Shown in pieces: positions 56,045 to 64,000 of a stretch of 64,000 bases of DNA. This DNA comes from Vulcanimicrobiota bacterium (GTDB taxonomy: Bacteria > Vulcanimicrobiota > Vulcanimicrobiia > Vulcanimicrobiales > Vulcanimicrobiaceae). The notes beneath the pieces are model-generated. The model was not told the origin of the DNA and made no database searches. It worked only from the letters and a program-made list of their open reading frames with translations. Numbering within the stretch: position 1 is the first letter of the stretch; each line of letters opens with the position of its first letter. Location of the stretch: NCBI GenBank assembly GCA_963795855.1, contig CAWCIZ010000001.1, positions 32,001-96,000 of the forward strand. The letters run 5' to 3'. Made by a program: the position numbers and the translations under genes.

Positions 56045-56716
56045 ATGCTTCCGCCGCTCGTCGAGCGCTATCTGCGCTTTGCGTGCCCGTCGAGCCGCGA
56101 CATCATCGGCGCGACCTTACAACAATCCGGAGCTCTACGCGCCGATAATCACGATCCGTGGATGAGATTCACTGCGAGGGAACATTTCACGCTCGATCCA
56201 ATCGCGTTCCACTGGGATGCGTGGGTGGCATCTGGCCCGGTGATGCGGGTTCGCGTGCGTGACAGTTACGAGCGCCATGCCGGCTCGTCGGGCGCATCGC
56301 TGTTCGGTGTCGTCCCTGTTGGCTCGCAGCGCCCGAGCCGCGAGTTAACCGAAGCGTCCTTGGTTCGCTTTCTCGCTGAGAGCGTTTGGATACCGCCGAT
56401 GCTGCGGGATGCGCGGATTCAGTGGCAAGAGTTGGCGCTGCGCAGGATGCGAGCGACGCTCCGCGATCGCCAGAACGCTGCATCGGTCGACTTCACGTTC
56501 GAGGAAAGTGGCGAGATATCACAAGCGGAGACAGAGCGCTATCGAGACGTTCACGGAACCGTTGTTCTCACTCCGTGGCGTGGCTATTTCGAGGAATACG
56601 AGCCGCTGAACGGCATGATGGTGCCAAGGGCGGCACATGTGCAGTGGCTTACAGCAGAAGGACCGGTCGAGGTGTGGCGCGGCCGAATCACCAGCGCTGC
56701 ATTCGCGTACCGCTAG
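56045..56716 (+). CDS. Conserved hypothetical protein (DUF6544-like)
   Basis: LPPLVERYLRF, W..F.A...F, F.W.A, L.RFLAE.VW.P, G..VP.....W. Confidence 0.65.
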   Translation: MLPPLVERYLRFACPSSRDIIGATLQQSGALRADNHDPWMRFTAREHFTLDPIAFHWDAWVASGPVMRVRVRDSYERHAGSSGASLFGVVPVGSQRPSRELTEASLVRFLAESVWIPPMLRDARIQWQELALRRMRATLRDRQNAASVDFTFEESGEISQAETERYRDVHGTVVLTPWRGYFEEYEPLNGMMVPRAAHVQWLTAEGPVEVWRGRITSAAFAYR

Positions 56717-57192
56717 GAGACGGTACGTTTCGCGGCTTCTTCGCGGCGGTAGCGCGCCATTAACTCAGCAGCAATCTTCGCGAGTAGCGCCTGTACCGTG
56801 CTGCTTGCGATCTGTTTGCCGAGCGCCTTATCGAACAGCACGCCGGCCGCTCCGAGCGGCGCGGCGTAGGAACCGGTAAGCTCAAGAATGGCGCTATCAT
56901 AATCCTCATCCGCGCGGACCGTCAGCATGCCCGAAAAGGATGGATAAAAGCCGCCCGGTTCAGGCTCCCACCCGATGTACCAGGGTTCGTCGAAATGCAT
57001 CGGATCGGTGCCCACAGCGTAGCGTACGCGAACCCCTTTTTTGAGGTCGCCCTGGCCAACCGGCAGTGGCGCAGTGAGGATCAGGGGCTGCTCAGCGTGG
57101 CTTTTCGCAGCCTCCGACAGCGCTTCGTGCACGTATTCACGCGCTCGAACGTAGGGGCATGCCACGCGCAATGTTTCATTGATTGTCGCCAT
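56713..57192 (-). CDS. Uncharacterised SRPBCC/START-like protein, paralog 3
   Basis: VACPY, YPSFSGMLTVR, LELTGSYAAPLGAAG.LFD..LG..IA..T...LL. Confidence 0.72.
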   Translation of the reverse strand: MATINETLRVACPYVRAREYVHEALSEAAKSHAEQPLILTAPLPVGQGDLKKGVRVRYAVGTDPMHFDEPWYIGWEPEPGGFYPSFSGMLTVRADEDYDSAILELTGSYAAPLGAAGVLFDKALGKQIASSTVQALLAKIAAELMARYRREEAAKRTVS

Positions 57193-57218
57193 AACGCTTG
57201 CGATTGTAGCGTATCGCT

Positions 57219-57266
57219 GCGAACGCGCTGAGACTGCCGGCCTGCGCATGAGAACGAATGAAGAAA
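57219..57266 (-). promoter_or_regulatory. Two pairs of 11-bp-period repeats between paralog 3 and the OmpR regulator
   Basis: Plus gcgaac 57219, gagact 57230, gagaac 57250, aagaaa 57261; -10 TACAAT 57208-57203. Confidence 0.6.
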
Positions 57267-57424
57267 CGAGCCGGCATTTCGCGCATCCCCTCGGCAGGGA
57301 GGGAACCGAGGTTGGTCCACCGTCGGGCGTACCATCGGCATGGCCAGCGGTGCCACTGCATAACATTGCGGCCGCGCCGCCTCGCAGTACCGGGAATGGC
57401 CACGTGGTGACGAAACGTTAGGCT

Positions 57425-58120
57425 GTGGCCAAACGTGTGCTCGTAGTTGAAGACGAAGCCGAGATCCGGGAGACGCTAGAGGGCTATCTCCGAAAGGATT
57501 CGTTCGATGCCGTAGGGGCCGGAACGGTGGCAGCGGCGTTGGCGGAGATAGAACAGCATCTGCCTGATCTGGTCCTTCTTGACATTGGATTGCCCGATGG
57601 CACCGGATTTGACGTGCTGCGGAAAACCAACGAACTGCGCCGCGTCCCGACGATCGTTCTCACGACGCGCAGCGACGAAGTCGATCGCATCGTGGGTCTA
57701 GAGTTAGGCGCGGATGATTACATCGGCAAACCATTTTCGCCGCGCGAAGTGATGGCGCGCATTCGCGCCCTGTTTCGGCGGCTAGACGCGGTTGCCGCCA
57801 CGGCGCAACTGCCGGGAGCGGTGCACCGCATTCGCGACCTCGAAATCAATGAGGCGGCACACGAGGTCCGCGTGCAGGGGAAAGCCGTCGACGTGCGTCC
57901 CGCAGAGTTCCGCATTTTGGCCCTGCTGGCAAGACACGCCGGCCAAGTGCTCTCGCGTCCGCAGATGCTGGATCTGCTCCACGATGATGGGAGCATCTTT
58001 GAGCGCACGCTGGATCGTCATATCAATCATCTGCGCCACAAAATCGAGTCAGATCCGGAGAAGCCGACCTATCTCGTGACGGTGTACGGCGTGGGCTACA
58101 AGATTGATCCGTGCACATAA
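57425..58120 (+). CDS. OmpR/PhoB-family response regulator
   Basis: LVVEDE, LLDIGLP, GADDY..KPFSPRE, wHTH R..D.HI..LR.KIE, TVYGVGY. Confidence 0.95.
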   Translation: MAKRVLVVEDEAEIRETLEGYLRKDSFDAVGAGTVAAALAEIEQHLPDLVLLDIGLPDGTGFDVLRKTNELRRVPTIVLTTRSDEVDRIVGLELGADDYIGKPFSPREVMARIRALFRRLDAVAATAQLPGAVHRIRDLEINEAAHEVRVQGKAVDVRPAEFRILALLARHAGQVLSRPQMLDLLHDDGSIFERTLDRHINHLRHKIESDPEKPTYLVTVYGVGYKIDPCT

Positions 58121-58122
58121 AA

Positions 58123-58317
58123 ATGAACGAACACGTCGCAGCAGTCAAAAAAGCACGCCATGACCTTGGCAATTTATTGACGATCGCGCAGTCTTCCGTC
58201 GAGGGCATGCTCGATGGAATCGCTCCGATAACTGAAACGCGCTTAAACCGGTTGCGTGAAATTCTATCCCAGGCTCGCGAGCTTCTCGATGAAATAACAG
58301 CGCAATCACTTGAATAA
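58123..58317 (+). CDS. Stand-alone HisKA/DHp domain protein
   Basis: RHDLGNLLTIAQSSVEGMLDG two-helix DHp; no HATPase domain follows. Confidence 0.6.
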   Translation: MNEHVAAVKKARHDLGNLLTIAQSSVEGMLDGIAPITETRLNRLREILSQARELLDEITAQSLE

Positions 58318-58633
58318 GGCGCCGTTGGGATTCCGCGCTTCCGAGAAACGTGAGGGCACGCGCTGGACGCACTGGAACCAGCGACCGCTGATTTACGATC
58401 AGCGCGCGGCGAGGTTGGGGCAACGCGCTGTGAAGCTCTGCCAGCGGCCTTACAACGGCGGGGGCCTGCCTGCTTGTCTATTCGTCTCTTCAGAAGTGCT
58501 CTACGTTTGGATGCGCCTAATGCCGCGTCAATGGTACGACGGCTACTTGACCGCGAGGTTGGGTTTGTTGGTCTCTCCAACAGTGTGGTCAGCGCTTAAC
58601 CAATTCCGCGATGTAGATTCCCTCGTCGAATAA
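58310..58633 (+). CDS. Hypothetical protein
   Basis: Open frame only; no motif. Confidence 0.25.
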   Translation: MNKAPLGFRASEKREGTRWTHWNQRPLIYDQRAARLGQRAVKLCQRPYNGGGLPACLFVSSEVLYVWMRLMPRQWYDGYLTARLGLLVSPTVWSALNQFRDVDSLVE

Positions 58634-58674
58634 TTACGCGCAGCACATGAGCAACGATCGGTTGAGACGAAGCG

Positions 58675-59448
58675 TTGCGCCCAGTGATACTGAATGACGT
58701 CGAGCGCCAGCGTTATACAGCATTCCGCCATAGTTCAAGGTTCAACCAAGAACGCTTCACTGCGCGGCGCGTCGCCCTGAACGCGGCACCGCAAACATCG
58801 CAGATGCCGGCAACATTACCGGATGGTTCGCTGTCGCGTAACTGGTTAACCGTCGTGCACTTCAACGTTACGACCTCCGATCTCGCTCGACTGGAACGTC
58901 TGGAGCGGAAAATTCGGCAGCGTTCGCGGTGGCCGGTTCGCGATATAAGCCGTTCCGGGCAGTACGTGCCCGTACAAGTGCGCCCCGGCGTGACCGTTCT
59001 GCGCCTCGCAGAAACCGTCGGTACCGCAGGGCCGAACGTCCAAATCCGTTTGCAGATAAGCGGACCCGACGTAATTTTTTCGTTACCGGACGTACTGCCG
59101 ATTTGTTTGATTGTGCTGATTGTCGTTGGTTTCGGCGCTTCGGAACGCGCAAGCGCCGACGTCTTTGCGTTTCCACCGGGCATGCATCCCGCAATCGTTT
59201 TTAGTCAGATCCTCGCGCTGACGCTGTTCGCATGCTTCTTGTTTGCGTACGCGCACGAGAGTTCTTTGACGAAGAACCTCGGGATGCTGGTGCTCGACGC
59301 CGCAGTTTGCGTGAATACGATGCGGTGGTTGTGGCTCTCGAAACTGTATTGGAACGGTGCGCGAACGTTGCGCATTACTCGTCGCGCAATCATGGCGGTC
59401 GGCGTTGCACTCACGGTCGCGGGAGTCTTCGTCGCGACGAACGGATAA
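58675..59448 (+). CDS. Hypothetical membrane protein (start uncertain)
   Basis: C-terminal half has about 4 TM helices; N-terminal half uninterpretable. Confidence 0.4.
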   Translation: MRPVILNDVERQRYTAFRHSSRFNQERFTARRVALNAAPQTSQMPATLPDGSLSRNWLTVVHFNVTTSDLARLERLERKIRQRSRWPVRDISRSGQYVPVQVRPGVTVLRLAETVGTAGPNVQIRLQISGPDVIFSLPDVLPICLIVLIVVGFGASERASADVFAFPPGMHPAIVFSQILALTLFACFLFAYAHESSLTKNLGMLVLDAAVCVNTMRWLWLSKLYWNGARTLRITRRAIMAVGVALTVAGVFVATNG

Positions 59449-59450
59449 AG

Positions 59451-60650
59451 CTAAGCCGCGCTGTCCGCGGGAACCGGACCTTCGCTCGTGCGCGGACTCT
59501 TGCTGCCGCGATTTCCGAGAATCCACGCCGCCGCCACCGCAATCGCCGGAAGCACGCCGATCAAGCGCGCTTGCTCACCGACGATCGCCGTTCCGATCGC
59601 CGGTGCGAGAATCAGCGCGACGGAATTCACCGAGTCGCTCACGCCCATGATCGCGCCGCGTTCCGATTCCGGCGCTCGCTTTGCGAGCAGCGCCATGAGC
59701 GTCGGCTCCGCCATCGCCGCGCCTGCAGCCCAAAGGATGAGCACCGGAAAAAACCACGCGAGCGATTGAACGAAATAGATGAGCGCGTACGATGCGAAAA
59801 GGAGCGCGAATCCGATCTGGCCGACGACCCGATCCCCGAAGCGTTTGGTCATCGGCGTGACTGCGATGAGTATGGTCGCTCCGCCGATCACACCCGCGCC
59901 CGCAAGCAGCCAACTCGCGCGTTGAACGGTCGCGTGAACGGCGTGATCGAGATACAGCGCGAAGTCGGCAAGCAAGTAAACGACCGCGAAAACGAACAGA
60001 AACTGACGCATCAGGACCACGCGCACCGCGGGTTTCCACGCCTCGCGTATCGACTTTTTGACGCTGGTCTGCTCCCGCTTCTCTCGCGTGCGCCACGGAA
60101 GGAGCCACAGCGTTATGCCGATGTTGATCACCTCCAGCCCCGCCGCGATGAAAAACGGAAACTGCAGGCCGTACCGCTGCAAGAACCCCGCCGCGATCGG
60201 TCCGACGATGAACGCCGATCCGAAGACGGCTCCGTATACGGCGTACGCTCGATCGCGCTGTTTTTTGTCGGTTACATCGGCGATGTACGATTCCGCGGCG
60301 CCCAAACTCCCGGCGCCCGTTCCGGAAATAAGCCTCGAAACGTAGATCCAGAACAGTGAATGCGAGAGCGCCAGCATCGCGTAACCGACCAGCGAAAAGC
60401 CTTGCGCGATGAGAATGATCGACTTGCGGCCCGCGTGATCGCTGAATTTCCCCCACACGGGCGCCGCGATCGTCGCGCAGAACGCCGGAATGCTCAGGAG
60501 CATCCCGACCATCCAATCGTGCGCGCCGTAGTGCTTGGCCATTGCCGGCAGAAGCGGGATGAGCAGCGTATACCCGAGCATGTCCATGAACGTCGTGAGG
60601 TAGATCGGGAAAACGTCTTTCGGCAGGCCCACGCCACGGGATGTACCCAC
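59451..60650 (-). CDS. MFS transporter, TetA/DHA1 family
   Basis: F.DMLG..L.IP.LP, WGKFSDHAGRK, SRLISG, YIADVT, GP..AG. Confidence 0.9.
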   Translation of the reverse strand: MGTSRGVGLPKDVFPIYLTTFMDMLGYTLLIPLLPAMAKHYGAHDWMVGMLLSIPAFCATIAAPVWGKFSDHAGRKSIILIAQGFSLVGYAMLALSHSLFWIYVSRLISGTGAGSLGAAESYIADVTDKKQRDRAYAVYGAVFGSAFIVGPIAAGFLQRYGLQFPFFIAAGLEVINIGITLWLLPWRTREKREQTSVKKSIREAWKPAVRVVLMRQFLFVFAVVYLLADFALYLDHAVHATVQRASWLLAGAGVIGGATILIAVTPMTKRFGDRVVGQIGFALLFASYALIYFVQSLAWFFPVLILWAAGAAMAEPTLMALLAKRAPESERGAIMGVSDSVNSVALILAPAIGTAIVGEQARLIGVLPAIAVAAAWILGNRGSKSPRTSEGPVPADSAA

Positions 60651-60675
60651 GTCAAAACCGGGAAGAACGGAGAAC

Positions 60676-61158
60676 ATGTGGGACCACGGTGTGCTCATCG
60701 AATCGGCGCGCATCAACCTGCTGCAGGGCGTCATCGCCGGAATTTGCGGCGGCGCCGCGATGGCGCTCACGATGATGGCGTTGAGCCGCGCCGTCGGTCA
60801 GTCGCCCTGGACGATGGCAAAACGTCTCGCGGGCGTACTGCTCGGACCGAGTGCAAAAGATGGCGGTCCCCCGGTTATCGCACTCGGCTTTGCGATGCAC
60901 GTCGTCTTCTCGGCCGGTTTCGGCGCGCTCTTTGCAGTCGTTGCCGATCGGCTGACTCACGAGTTTTGGATGACGGGCGTCGCGTATGCGCTCACGTTAT
61001 GGGTGATAAATTTCTGGGGCGCGCAAATCACGCCGGGCGGGCGCGCGATGAGCGAAGCCGCATGGGCGTGGCTCAGCCCGATCGCGCACATCGTGTACGG
61101 CGGCGTGATGGCGGCGATTGCAGTAGTGTTCGCGGCGGCGGCGATGGGGAGCGGATGA
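60676..61158 (+). CDS. 4-TM membrane protein with two His
   Basis: GVIAG..GG.AM, GFAMH...SA.FG.LF, AHIVYG. Confidence 0.7.
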   Translation: MWDHGVLIESARINLLQGVIAGICGGAAMALTMMALSRAVGQSPWTMAKRLAGVLLGPSAKDGGPPVIALGFAMHVVFSAGFGALFAVVADRLTHEFWMTGVAYALTLWVINFWGAQITPGGRAMSEAAWAWLSPIAHIVYGGVMAAIAVVFAAAAMGSG

Positions 61159-61367
61159 TGGACCGGTACACCAAACACGATCTCGTGCAGAAGCTCGGCG
61201 AACCGGCCGAAGAAAACGTGCGCCCGACGTTGAGCGAGCCCGGCAAACCGATGAGCGTTTTGCGCTGGAACTGCGGATGCGGCGCGGCGAAACTGCAGGA
61301 CGATCAGCTCTGGGAATGGGATCCCGGCGACTGCACGGCTCACGCAGCCGGCCCGCCCGAAACGTAA
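61155..61367 (+). CDS. Small protein with W-x-C-G-C...C-x-x-H putative metal site
   Basis: ATGA coupling, GGGGAG SD; LRWNCGCGA...DCTAH. Confidence 0.6.
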   Translation: MMDRYTKHDLVQKLGEPAEENVRPTLSEPGKPMSVLRWNCGCGAAKLQDDQLWEWDPGDCTAHAAGPPET

Positions 61368-61370
61368 AGA

Positions 61371-61398
61371 AAGAGCGCGGTTGAAACACCGCGCTCTT
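61371..61398. terminator. Bidirectional terminator hairpin
   Basis: aagagcgcggt-tgaaac-accgcgctctt between convergent genes. Confidence 0.75.
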
Positions 61399-61412
61399 CG
61401 AATCAGCCTCGT

Positions 61413-61886
61413 CTAGGCTTTCTTTTTGCGCCCGCCTTTGCGGCGTCCACCGCTCTTGCGGCCGCCCTTGCGGCCCGCGGCAGCTTTGCGCGACGACTTG
61501 CGTCCGCCCGCGCTCTTTTTGCGTCCGCCGGTTTTCTTGCGTCCGCCGGTTTTCTTGCGTCCGCCGGTTTTCTTGCGTCCGCCGGTTTTCTTGCGTCCGC
61601 CGGTTTTCTTGCGTCCGCCGGTTTTCTTGCGTCCGCCGGTTTTCTTGCGTCCGCCGGTCTTCTTACGTCCGCCGGTCTTCTTACGTCCGCCGGTGCTCTT
61701 CTTACGACCGCCGGTGCTCTTCTTGCGACCGCCGGTGCTCTTTTTGCGTCCGGCGCTGCTCTTCTTACGGCCGCCCGTTGATTTGCGGCCGGCAGCTTTT
61801 TTACGTCCGCCCTTACGGCGTCCGCCGCGTCGCGATGAGCTTTCGTCGCCCATCGTTCCGCCGTTCTGCATCATGTCAGAATCCAT
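61413..61886 (-). CDS. Highly basic low-complexity histone H1/protamine-like protein (GGRKK[S]T repeats)
   Basis: GGGAGG SD before MDSDMMQ; strong sigma70 promoter; synonymous variation among repeat units. Confidence 0.8.
   Translation of the reverse strand: MDSDMMQNGGTMGDESSSRRGGRRKGGRKKAAGRKSTGGRKKSSAGRKKSTGGRKKSTGGRKKSTGGRKKTGGRKKTGGRKKTGGRKKTGGRKKTGGRKKTGGRKKTGGRKKTGGRKKTGGRKKSAGGRKSSRKAAAGRKGGRKSGGRRKGGRKKKA
61522..61746. repeat. Coding tandem repeat: nine 18-bp units (seven identical cgtccgccggttttcttg) plus three 21-bp units
   Basis: Read directly from the sequence. Confidence 0.95.
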
Positions 61887-61956
61887 TCTTCCTCCCTTCG
61901 TCCCCCCGGGGGACGAACTTGAGATGGTGGACAGCGCGAAATAGCGCTTTGTGCGC

Positions 61957-61985
61957 ATCATAAGTAATTTTTGCAAGAATTGCAA
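61957..61985 (-). promoter_or_regulatory. Sigma70 promoter TTGCAA-N17-TATGAT for the basic protein
   Basis: -35 at 61985-61980, -10 at 61962-61957; overlaps the tttgcaa-gaa-ttgcaaa inverted repeat. Confidence 0.7.
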
Positions 61986-62078
61986 ATTTTGGTAGGATTT
62001 GCGCTTGACGATTATCCGCCGGATGCGTTATCACGCGTACGCGCGCGCGCAAAATGTGCGATTGGCGGACGGCCCGGT

Positions 62079-62108
62079 TTGCCCCGGGGTTGACCGCGGC
62101 GGTATACT
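62079..62108 (+). promoter_or_regulatory. Promoter TTGCCC-N18-TATACT, leaderless for topA
   Basis: TATACT 62103-62108 lies 7 nt before GTG; no SD. Confidence 0.6.
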
Positions 62109-62115
62109 AAGCCCC

Positions 62116-64000
62116 GTGAAAAAGCCCTTGATCATCGTGGAGTCGCCCACGAAGGCTCGCACGATAAAAAAGTTTCTTCCCGCGCGTTTTATCGTCAAGG
62201 CGTCGGTCGGGCACGTGCGCGATTTGCCGAAGAGCACGCTGGGCGTCGACGTGGAGCACGGCTTCGCTCCGAAATATCTGACGATCAAGGGTAAGGGCGA
62301 CGTCATCAAAGATTTGAAGTCGGCGGTGAAAAGCGCGAGCGACGTCTACCTCGCGACCGACCCCGATCGCGAAGGGGAAGCCATCGCCTGGCATTTGGCC
62401 GAACTGCTCAAACTCGACGAGCCCAAACGCATCGAGCTGCACGAGATCACCAAAGATGCGGCGCTCGCGGCTCTCAAGGATCCCCACCCCATCGACATCG
62501 ATCGCGTAAACGCACAGCAGGCGCGGCGCATTCTGGATCGGCTGGTCGGCTACAAGATCTCGCCGCTGCTCTGGGCAAAGGTCCGCGGCGGCCTTTCCGC
62601 AGGGCGCGTGCAGTCCGTCGCCGTGCGCCTCATCGTCGATCGCGAGCGCGAAATTCAGGCGTTCGTCACTCGTGAGTACTGGTCGATCACCGCGATGCTC
62701 GCCGCGCAGAGCGACCCGTCCCTCGTTTTCGGCGCGGATCTCATCGCGCACGGCGGCCAGAAGATCGCGGTCGAAAACCAAGCGCAAGCCGATGCGATCC
62801 TCGCCGACTTGCGCGGCGCGGCCTTCGCCGTCGCGTCGGTGAAGCAGCGCGAAGTCCGGCGAAACCCAACGGCTCCGTTCACCACCTCGACGCTCCAGCA
62901 AGAAGCCTCGCGCAAACTTCGCATCCGCGTCCGCCGCGCGATGCAGATCGCCCAAGCTTTATATGAAGGCGTGGACCTCGGCGCCGAAGGCACCGTTGGT
63001 TTGATTACGTACATGCGCACCGACTCGACGCGCATCTCCGACGCGGCTCGCGAATCCGCCCGCGAGTTCATCACGCAGGCTTACGGCGAGGCGTATCACG
63101 GCGGCCGCGCGCACAAAGTGCGCGAAGGCGCTCAAGACGCGCACGAAGCGATTCGGCCGACCTCGGTTCACAACACGCCCGAAAAAATGGCCGGCATCCT
63201 CAAACGCGACGAGCTGCGCCTCTATACGCTCATTTGGAACCGGTTCGTCGCCTCGCAAATGTCCGCCGCGGTCTTCGATCAGACGACGGTCGACATCGCA
63301 GCCGGGCAGTACACGTTCCGGGCGAGCGGCAGCGTCGTGAAATTCCTCGGCTTTACGAAAATCTACGAAGAGAGCCGCGACGAAGACGCTGCGGCCGAAG
63401 AGAAGAAAGCCCGGCTGCCCAGACTCGAGGAGCGCCAGCCCCTGGCGCTGCAGAAGCTCGATCCCAAGCAGCATTTCACCGAGCCGCCGCCGCGCTTCAC
63501 CGAAGCGACGCTGGTGCGAGCGCTCGAAGAGAACGGCATCGGGCGCCCGTCCACGTATAGCACGATCGTCGAAACGATTCAGGCGCGCGGATACGTCATC
63601 CAGGCCGAACGCCGCTTCCAGCCCACCGAAATCGGCGTCGCCGTGAACGATTTGCTCGCCGAGCATTTCCCCGACATCGTGGATCTGCGGTTCACCGCGC
63701 AGATGGAGGGCGATCTCGACAAAGTTGCCGAGGGACACGAAGATTGGGTGAAGCTGCTCGACCGCTTTTACGGGCCGTTCGCGAACAAACTCGAACAGGC
63801 CGAGCAAAAACTGCCCCGCCTCGAAATCAAAGATGAGCCGACCGACGAGATCTGCCCGAACTGCGGGAGGCCGATGGTCATCAAGACCGGACGCTTCGGC
63901 CGCTTCATTTCGTGCACGGGCTATCCCGAATGCAAGACGACCCGTCCCATCCTTAAAGATACCGGCGTGAAGTGTCCCAAAGACGGCGGGATGGTCGTCG
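62116..64000 (+). CDS. topA: DNA topoisomerase I (runs off the window; absent from the ORF track)
   Basis: LIIVESPTKA, SVGHVRDL, LATDPDREGEAI, SAGRVQS, GLITYMRTDS, QDAHEAIRPT, GIGRPSTY, C4 zinc ribbons. Confidence 0.97.
   Translation, partial: MKKPLIIVESPTKARTIKKFLPARFIVKASVGHVRDLPKSTLGVDVEHGFAPKYLTIKGKGDVIKDLKSAVKSASDVYLATDPDREGEAIAWHLAELLKLDEPKRIELHEITKDAALAALKDPHPIDIDRVNAQQARRILDRLVGYKISPLLWAKVRGGLSAGRVQSVAVRLIVDREREIQAFVTREYWSITAMLAAQSDPSLVFGADLIAHGGQKIAVENQAQADAILADLRGAAFAVASVKQREVRRNPTAPFTTSTLQQEASRKLRIRVRRAMQIAQALYEGVDLGAEGTVGLITYMRTDSTRISDAARESAREFITQAYGEAYHGGRAHKVREGAQDAHEAIRPTSVHNTPEKMAGILKRDELRLYTLIWNRFVASQMSAAVFDQTTVDIAAGQYTFRASGSVVKFLGFTKIYEESRDEDAAAEEKKARLPRLEERQPLALQKLDPKQHFTEPPPRFTEATLVRALEENGIGRPSTYSTIVETIQARGYVIQAERRFQPTEIGVAVNDLLAEHFPDIVDLRFTAQMEGDLDKVAEGHEDWVKLLDRFYGPFANKLEQAEQKLPRLEIKDEPTDEICPNCGRPMVIKTGRFGRFISCTGYPECKTTRPILKDTGVKCPKDGGMVV

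Noticed and set aside
55912..56045. Short frame with VAVEMPEMQMP (YtkA-like fragment)
   Set aside because: Too short, with no clear start; at most a remnant
36891..59448. Integrative element or prophage at tRNA-Asn
   Set aside because: No integrase, transposase or phage gene, and I found no duplicated tRNA 3' end by eye
61522..61746. Regular repeats as a CRISPR array
   Set aside because: No spacers; 18/21-bp in-frame coding units; no cas genes
62107..63807. Long minus-strand ORFs (282 aa each) and similar shadow ORFs over ahcY, metK and ymdB
   Set aside because: Antisense shadows of GC-rich conserved genes; topA on the plus strand explains this region

Overview
A GC-rich bacterial chromosome segment from a diderm (hldD, TonB-dependent receptor, OM barrels, RseB). 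The mix with ymdB/spoVS, many lipoproteins and MalT-like proteins suggests Ca. Eremiobacterota; this is inference only. About 20 genes are split by single indels, most likely long-read assembly errors. 1-36.9 kb: etfA end, TPR protein, HDAC, ECF sigma/anti-sigma/RseB, tandem HPrK-like kinases, SCO/MauE/TlpA, hldD, a cyt c-multicopper oxidase-RPPP membrane protein-TonB receptor operon, ymdB-spoVS-PHP, M16 and S53 peptidases, a MalT-like/HD-GYP fusion, ahcY-metK, MFS and tRNA-Asn. About 37-59.4 kb: an accessory low-oxygen/NO/metal block with USP, BON, PAS kinase, xfp-ackA, VIT1, a Cyc2-like cytochrome-porin, CuA cupredoxins, an sNOR-like heme-copper enzyme, a radical SAM protein, and an OmpR regulator with a stand-alone DHp. 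Its promoters share an 11-bp-period GTTCTC repeat about 10 nt from the -10 box. The window ends with a GGRKKT-repeat basic protein divergent from topA. Best leads: (1) a putative RPPP ribosome-arrest attenuator that masks the TonB receptor SD; (2) the Cyc2-like + cupredoxin + sNOR-like module; (3) the direct-repeat regulon, including a hidden sRNA; (4) a bistable RNA switch between ahcY and metK.
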